From: Gammaproteobacteria bacterium
GTDB lineage: Bacteria; Pseudomonadota; Gammaproteobacteria; Magnimaribacterales; D2472
Length of the DNA stretch: 64,000 nt
Direction: 5' to 3'
Assembly: GCA_008080945.1 (NCBI GenBank)
Contig: VMDH01000017.1
Span: 271-64,270 of the forward strand
Shown here: positions 60,672 to 64,000 of the stretch, one piece after another
Position numbering within the stretch: position 1 is the first letter of the stretch
Layout of the letters: each line of letters opens with the position of its first letter
Notes under the pieces: generated by a model
Told to the model about the DNA's origin: nothing
Database searches by the model: none
What the model saw: the letters and a program-made list of their open reading frames with translations, nothing else
Made by a program: the position numbers and the translations under genes

Positions 60672-61906
60672 TTCGCGCTTCCTTGCGGGATGTCTTTGAA
60701 AGGTAGCCCCTTATCAGCTCTTGGATCTTGAGGCAGTCCCAATACTCTCTCTGCAATGATGTTCCTAAGGATTTCATCTGTTCCGCCAGCTATTCTTAAG
60801 CCTGGAGCTCCTAGCCAAGCCATCTGAAATGCATGCAGGTCTCCGCCAGAATCTTGGCGTAACATACCTGCCATATCTGCAGAATCAATGCCAAAGTTAC
60901 CAATAGATTGAAGTTTATTTGCACTAACAATTTTTGTGATAGATGCTTCAGGTCCAGGAGTACCTCCTCTAGATAGCGCTGAAATCGTTCTAAACTTGGT
61001 ATATTTCAAACCGTTGGCTTCAATAAACCAATCCGCTAGCTTTTCCCTAACTCCTCCATGTTTGATCAACGGCTCTCCATTGAAGTCTTGTTCTTTGGCC
61101 CATGTCAGAGCATCTTCTATGTCTGAGCCTCTAGCATCTCCCACCGCAAGTCTTTCATTCATCAAGGTTGTAATGGCTACTTTCCAGCCATCACCAATTT
61201 CTCCTAATCTTTGTGAATCAGGGATTCTTACGTCATTGAAATATACCTCATTAAAACCTGAGCCACTGCCGGCAGATCCAGTAATCTGCTTAATGGGTTT
61301 AACCTCAATTCCAGGCGATTTCATATCGACAAAGAAAAAGGTAAGACCTTTGTGTTTTTCTAATTCAGGATCGTGTCTTACAACTAAAATTCCAAAGTCA
61401 GAATAATGGGCGCCAGAAGTCCAAACTTTTTGTCCGTTTATAATCCATTCATCTCCATCTTGAACTGCCTTTGAACGCAGGCCTGCTACATCCGAACCTG
61501 CTGAGGGTTCAGAAAATAATTGGCACCAGATTTCTTTGCCCTCGGCCATGGGTGGTAAATATCTCTTTTTCTGTTCAGCAGTGGCATATTCCATCATGAC
61601 TGGCCCACACATACCCAATCCAATCTCAAAAACGCCGCCTGGCACATCAAACTTGGATTCCTCTTGAGACCATATGATTCTTTCAATAGGCGAGGCACCA
61701 ATACCTCCGTATTCTTCAGGCCAATGGAGCATGGCCCAACCAGCATCGTATTTCTTCTTCTGCCATGCCTTTGCTTTTTGAAGGTATTCATCAAGATTAC
61801 CTTCCACAGTTCTTCCTTGACCTACTTTCAATTCAGCGTTAGCTTCAAGCCATGAGCGACACTTTTCTCTGAATTGAGCTTGTTCTGGGGTATCTTTAAA
61901 ATCCAT
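60668..61906 (-). CDS. acyl-CoA dehydrogenase, alpha-type subunit of a second heteromeric pair
   Basis: WPEEYGGIG, QLFSEPSAGSD, C-terminal AGGTDEILRNIIAERVLGLP. Same architecture as the gene at 18509-19657. Confidence 0.8.
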   Translation of the reverse strand: MDFKDTPEQAQFREKCRSWLEANAELKVGQGRTVEGNLDEYLQKAKAWQKKKYDAGWAMLHWPEEYGGIGASPIERIIWSQEESKFDVPGGVFEIGLGMCGPVMMEYATAEQKKRYLPPMAEGKEIWCQLFSEPSAGSDVAGLRSKAVQDGDEWIINGQKVWTSGAHYSDFGILVVRHDPELEKHKGLTFFFVDMKSPGIEVKPIKQITGSAGSGSGFNEVYFNDVRIPDSQRLGEIGDGWKVAITTLMNERLAVGDARGSDIEDALTWAKEQDFNGEPLIKHGGVREKLADWFIEANGLKYTKFRTISALSRGGTPGPEASITKIVSANKLQSIGNFGIDSADMAGMLRQDSGGDLHAFQMAWLGAPGLRIAGGTDEILRNIIAERVLGLPQDPRADKGLPFKDIPQGSAN

Positions 61907-61914
61907 AATTTATC

Positions 61915-63033
61915 CTATTGGTTTGATCCTATTGAGTTTGATTTATCTAAGTTAGTAACTAATTTTTCCTTCCATGCTGCTTCTGAGCCAAGATTTAATG
62001 ATAAAACCTTTGAGCGCTTATAAAAGAGATGACAATCGTATTCCCATGTAAAGCCATTCCCCCCATGGGTTTGAATATTTTCTTTAGAGCATAGTTGGAA
62101 AGCTTTGGTTGCCGCTACTCTTGCTGTGGCTGCTGCCAACCCAAGTTCTGATGATCCTGATGAAAGTGCCCAAGCACCATAATAGCAATTGGATTTGGCT
62201 AATGTTAAAGAGATATACATATCTGCTAGCTTATGCTTAATAGCTTGATAGGAACCTATAGCTCTTCCAAAAGCATACCTTTCCATAGCGTAAGCTTTTG
62301 CCATATCAAGAGATGCTTGTGCGCCGCCCACTTGTTCAAATGCAACCAACACAGCAGCTTGATCTAATAAATGCTCCCATCTGCTCCATCCATCTTCACT
62401 GATAAGCTCTGATTCGACATCATTAAAATCAATTTGATAAAAGCTTTTGGATGGATCTATGTTCGCTTGCAAAGTCACACTTACACCGCTTGCATCCAAA
62501 GCAACAGAACGAAGTTCTACATTGTTGCCATTTTTGCATAGCACCATGACGTGGGTTGCCGCCTCAACATCAGGAACGGCAATTTTAGTTCCACTGACAG
62601 CATTATTAGTAACGACAGTTTGAATATTTTCGGAAGATACAGGCGCAAGACTTTCAGCTGCTGCGAAAGTACCCACAGCAGATCCATCGGCAAGGCTGGG
62701 AAGCAGTGAATTTTTAAGAGCCTCGTTGCCGCTTTCAATTAGGGCCTCTGTATACATATACACTGAGGAGGAAAAAGGGATAGGGGCCAAGCTTTTACCG
62801 ATTTCTTCAGCAATGACACACAACTCAAGATGAGATAAGCCTAATCCGCCATACTCCTCTGGGATGCGAATAGCAGTCCAGCCCAATTCAATGACTTTAC
62901 TCCAAAGCTCCTTATCATAGGGTTCATCAGATTCCATGATAGCTCTGGTGCGTTTTAAGGTATCCTCTTTGGTAAAGAATTTATTTGCTTCTTCTTGTAA
63001 AAATTTTTGGTCGTCAGAAAAATCTAAGTTCAT
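61915..63033 (-). CDS. acyl-CoA dehydrogenase family, beta-type subunit
   Basis: RYAFGRAIGSYQAIKH and IQTHGGNGFTWE motifs. No C-terminal xGTxEI segment. Same architecture as the gene at 19657-20694. Confidence 0.75.
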   Translation of the reverse strand: MNLDFSDDQKFLQEEANKFFTKEDTLKRTRAIMESDEPYDKELWSKVIELGWTAIRIPEEYGGLGLSHLELCVIAEEIGKSLAPIPFSSSVYMYTEALIESGNEALKNSLLPSLADGSAVGTFAAAESLAPVSSENIQTVVTNNAVSGTKIAVPDVEAATHVMVLCKNGNNVELRSVALDASGVSVTLQANIDPSKSFYQIDFNDVESELISEDGWSRWEHLLDQAAVLVAFEQVGGAQASLDMAKAYAMERYAFGRAIGSYQAIKHKLADMYISLTLAKSNCYYGAWALSSGSSELGLAAATARVAATKAFQLCSKENIQTHGGNGFTWEYDCHLFYKRSKVLSLNLGSEAAWKEKLVTNLDKSNSIGSNQ

Positions 63034-63089
63034 AGCTATTAATAATGGTTATAATTGAGAATCTTATTTAAGCATAATTTTACCAAATA

Positions 63090-63752
63090 ATGAGTAGAAA
63101 AATCTCTGCAGCCAGAAACTTTAAAGAGCAATTTGCTATGCACAAAGACAATATTTTTATTGGAATTTTTGCAAGCTTTGTCTTGGGAGCATTGCTTATT
63201 TTGACGATATGGATGAATGAGATATCAAAATCATCGGGATCTACTAGCAATATTCAAGAGGAGAGAATCGCTCTTCTAGAGGAGCAAATTATTTTAGTTG
63301 ACGCCACTTATGCAGACTTCATTACGCAAACTTCTGCTGATTTACAGCTATTTGATGAAGAAATTAGAAAACTCTGGGATTTGAGCAACAAACGTAACAG
63401 AAAAGATATTGATGCTTTGCGAGGTAGCGTCGATAAATTAATTGCAAACAATAATAAGTTTTCTGAAGAATTTAATATTGTTTCCAAAAACTTCACCAGC
63501 ATCCGATCAGACCTCATTTCTATTCAAGAGGAAATGAATGAGTTAGTTTTAGTATCCTCAGGAGTTAACAGCCTTAATTCAAAACTTAATGAGCTTGCAA
63601 CAAGACTCTCGTTTGCTGAAGAAAATTTAAGAAGCTTTGAGAACTATAGAAAGTCTCTGAATCAGACCTTAATTGAAATACAGGCTTCAATAAATTCTGC
63701 AGATAAGAGCGCAGAAGGTGAAGGTCAGGAAAGTGTTTTGGATAACCTATAA
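63090..63752 (+). CDS. membrane-anchored coiled-coil protein of unknown function
   Basis: One TM helix (IFIGIFASFVLGALLILTIW) followed by about 170 aa of heptad-like E/K/L-rich sequence. Confidence 0.5.
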   Translation: MSRKISAARNFKEQFAMHKDNIFIGIFASFVLGALLILTIWMNEISKSSGSTSNIQEERIALLEEQIILVDATYADFITQTSADLQLFDEEIRKLWDLSNKRNRKDIDALRGSVDKLIANNNKFSEEFNIVSKNFTSIRSDLISIQEEMNELVLVSSGVNSLNSKLNELATRLSFAEENLRSFENYRKSLNQTLIEIQASINSADKSAEGEGQESVLDNL

Positions 63753-64000
63753 AGCTGTCATGCTTTGGATCGTAGAGTTATAGCCAGCAATAGTTTCTTC
63801 AATAATTTCTTTTACAGTCTTAACTTTATCGATCAAGCCACAAGATTGACCCGTTAATGCAGGAGCTGCATTCATATTACCTCCAAAGTAAAGCTCCTTA
63901 ATATCGATCAGTGCAGTCATATCCATAGATCCTGATTCATGAATTGGTTGCGTAAACTCCGTCTTCAAAGCTCGAATACATGGCTTTGATTTTTTATTCA
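63747..64000 (-). CDS. C-terminal part of an NMO-family (nitronate monooxygenase/FabK-like) flavoprotein; 5' end outside window
   Basis: Frame is open to the window edge. The ..GGNMNAAPALTGQSCGLIDKVKTVKEIIEE.. tail parallels the C-terminus of the IpdC-like gene in this window (..GAMPSGQVAGLIVDLPTCGDLIEQIKNE). Confidence 0.45.
   Translation of the reverse strand, partial: NKKSKPCIRALKTEFTQPIHESGSMDMTALIDIKELYFGGNMNAAPALTGQSCGLIDKVKTVKEIIEETIAGYNSTIQSMTAL

Overview
AT-rich (roughly mid-30s % GC by eye), very gene-dense chromosomal segment. It probably comes from a streamlined marine gammaproteobacterium, because it carries the gammaproteobacterial synteny blocks alaS-lysC-tRNA-Ser(GCU), ccmABCDEFGHI and smc-zipA-ligA. 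I count about 70 CDS, 2 tRNAs, one candidate SAM-II/SAM-V-type riboswitch and one clear intrinsic terminator. I saw no IS elements, integrases, CRISPR arrays, toxin-antitoxin pairs or recognisable defence genes. The centre of the window (13.3-34.6 kb) is one long, translationally coupled catabolic cluster. Its gene content matches the 9,10-seco steroid-nucleus / HIP (C/D-ring) degradation pathway: HsaC, IpdAB, EchA20, IpdC, an alpha/beta acyl-CoA dehydrogenase pair, FadA6, SDRs, a P450, HsaD, HsaE/G/F, a KshA-like oxygenase and FadD3. The cluster is atypical in four ways. (1) The KshA-like oxygenase is split into a free-standing Rieske protein plus a catalytic subunit that keeps only a cluster-less Rieske vestige. 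(2) It carries two Lrp/AsnC regulators rather than TetR-type KstR/KstR2. (3) HsaAB, KstD and KshB are not in the window. (4) Three signal-peptide proteins of unknown function follow it. Other points worth a second look: a 727-aa SMC with intact ATPase heads but no room for a hinge domain; a LigA with an insertion of about 45 aa inside its Zn finger; an hflX whose conserved N-terminal domain is in frame but has no canonical start codon; and a second alpha/beta acyl-CoA dehydrogenase pair next to an alkylsulfatase with an SCP2-like tail. All family assignments come from motif and architecture recognition by eye. No database searches were run, so product names are hypotheses of graded confidence.
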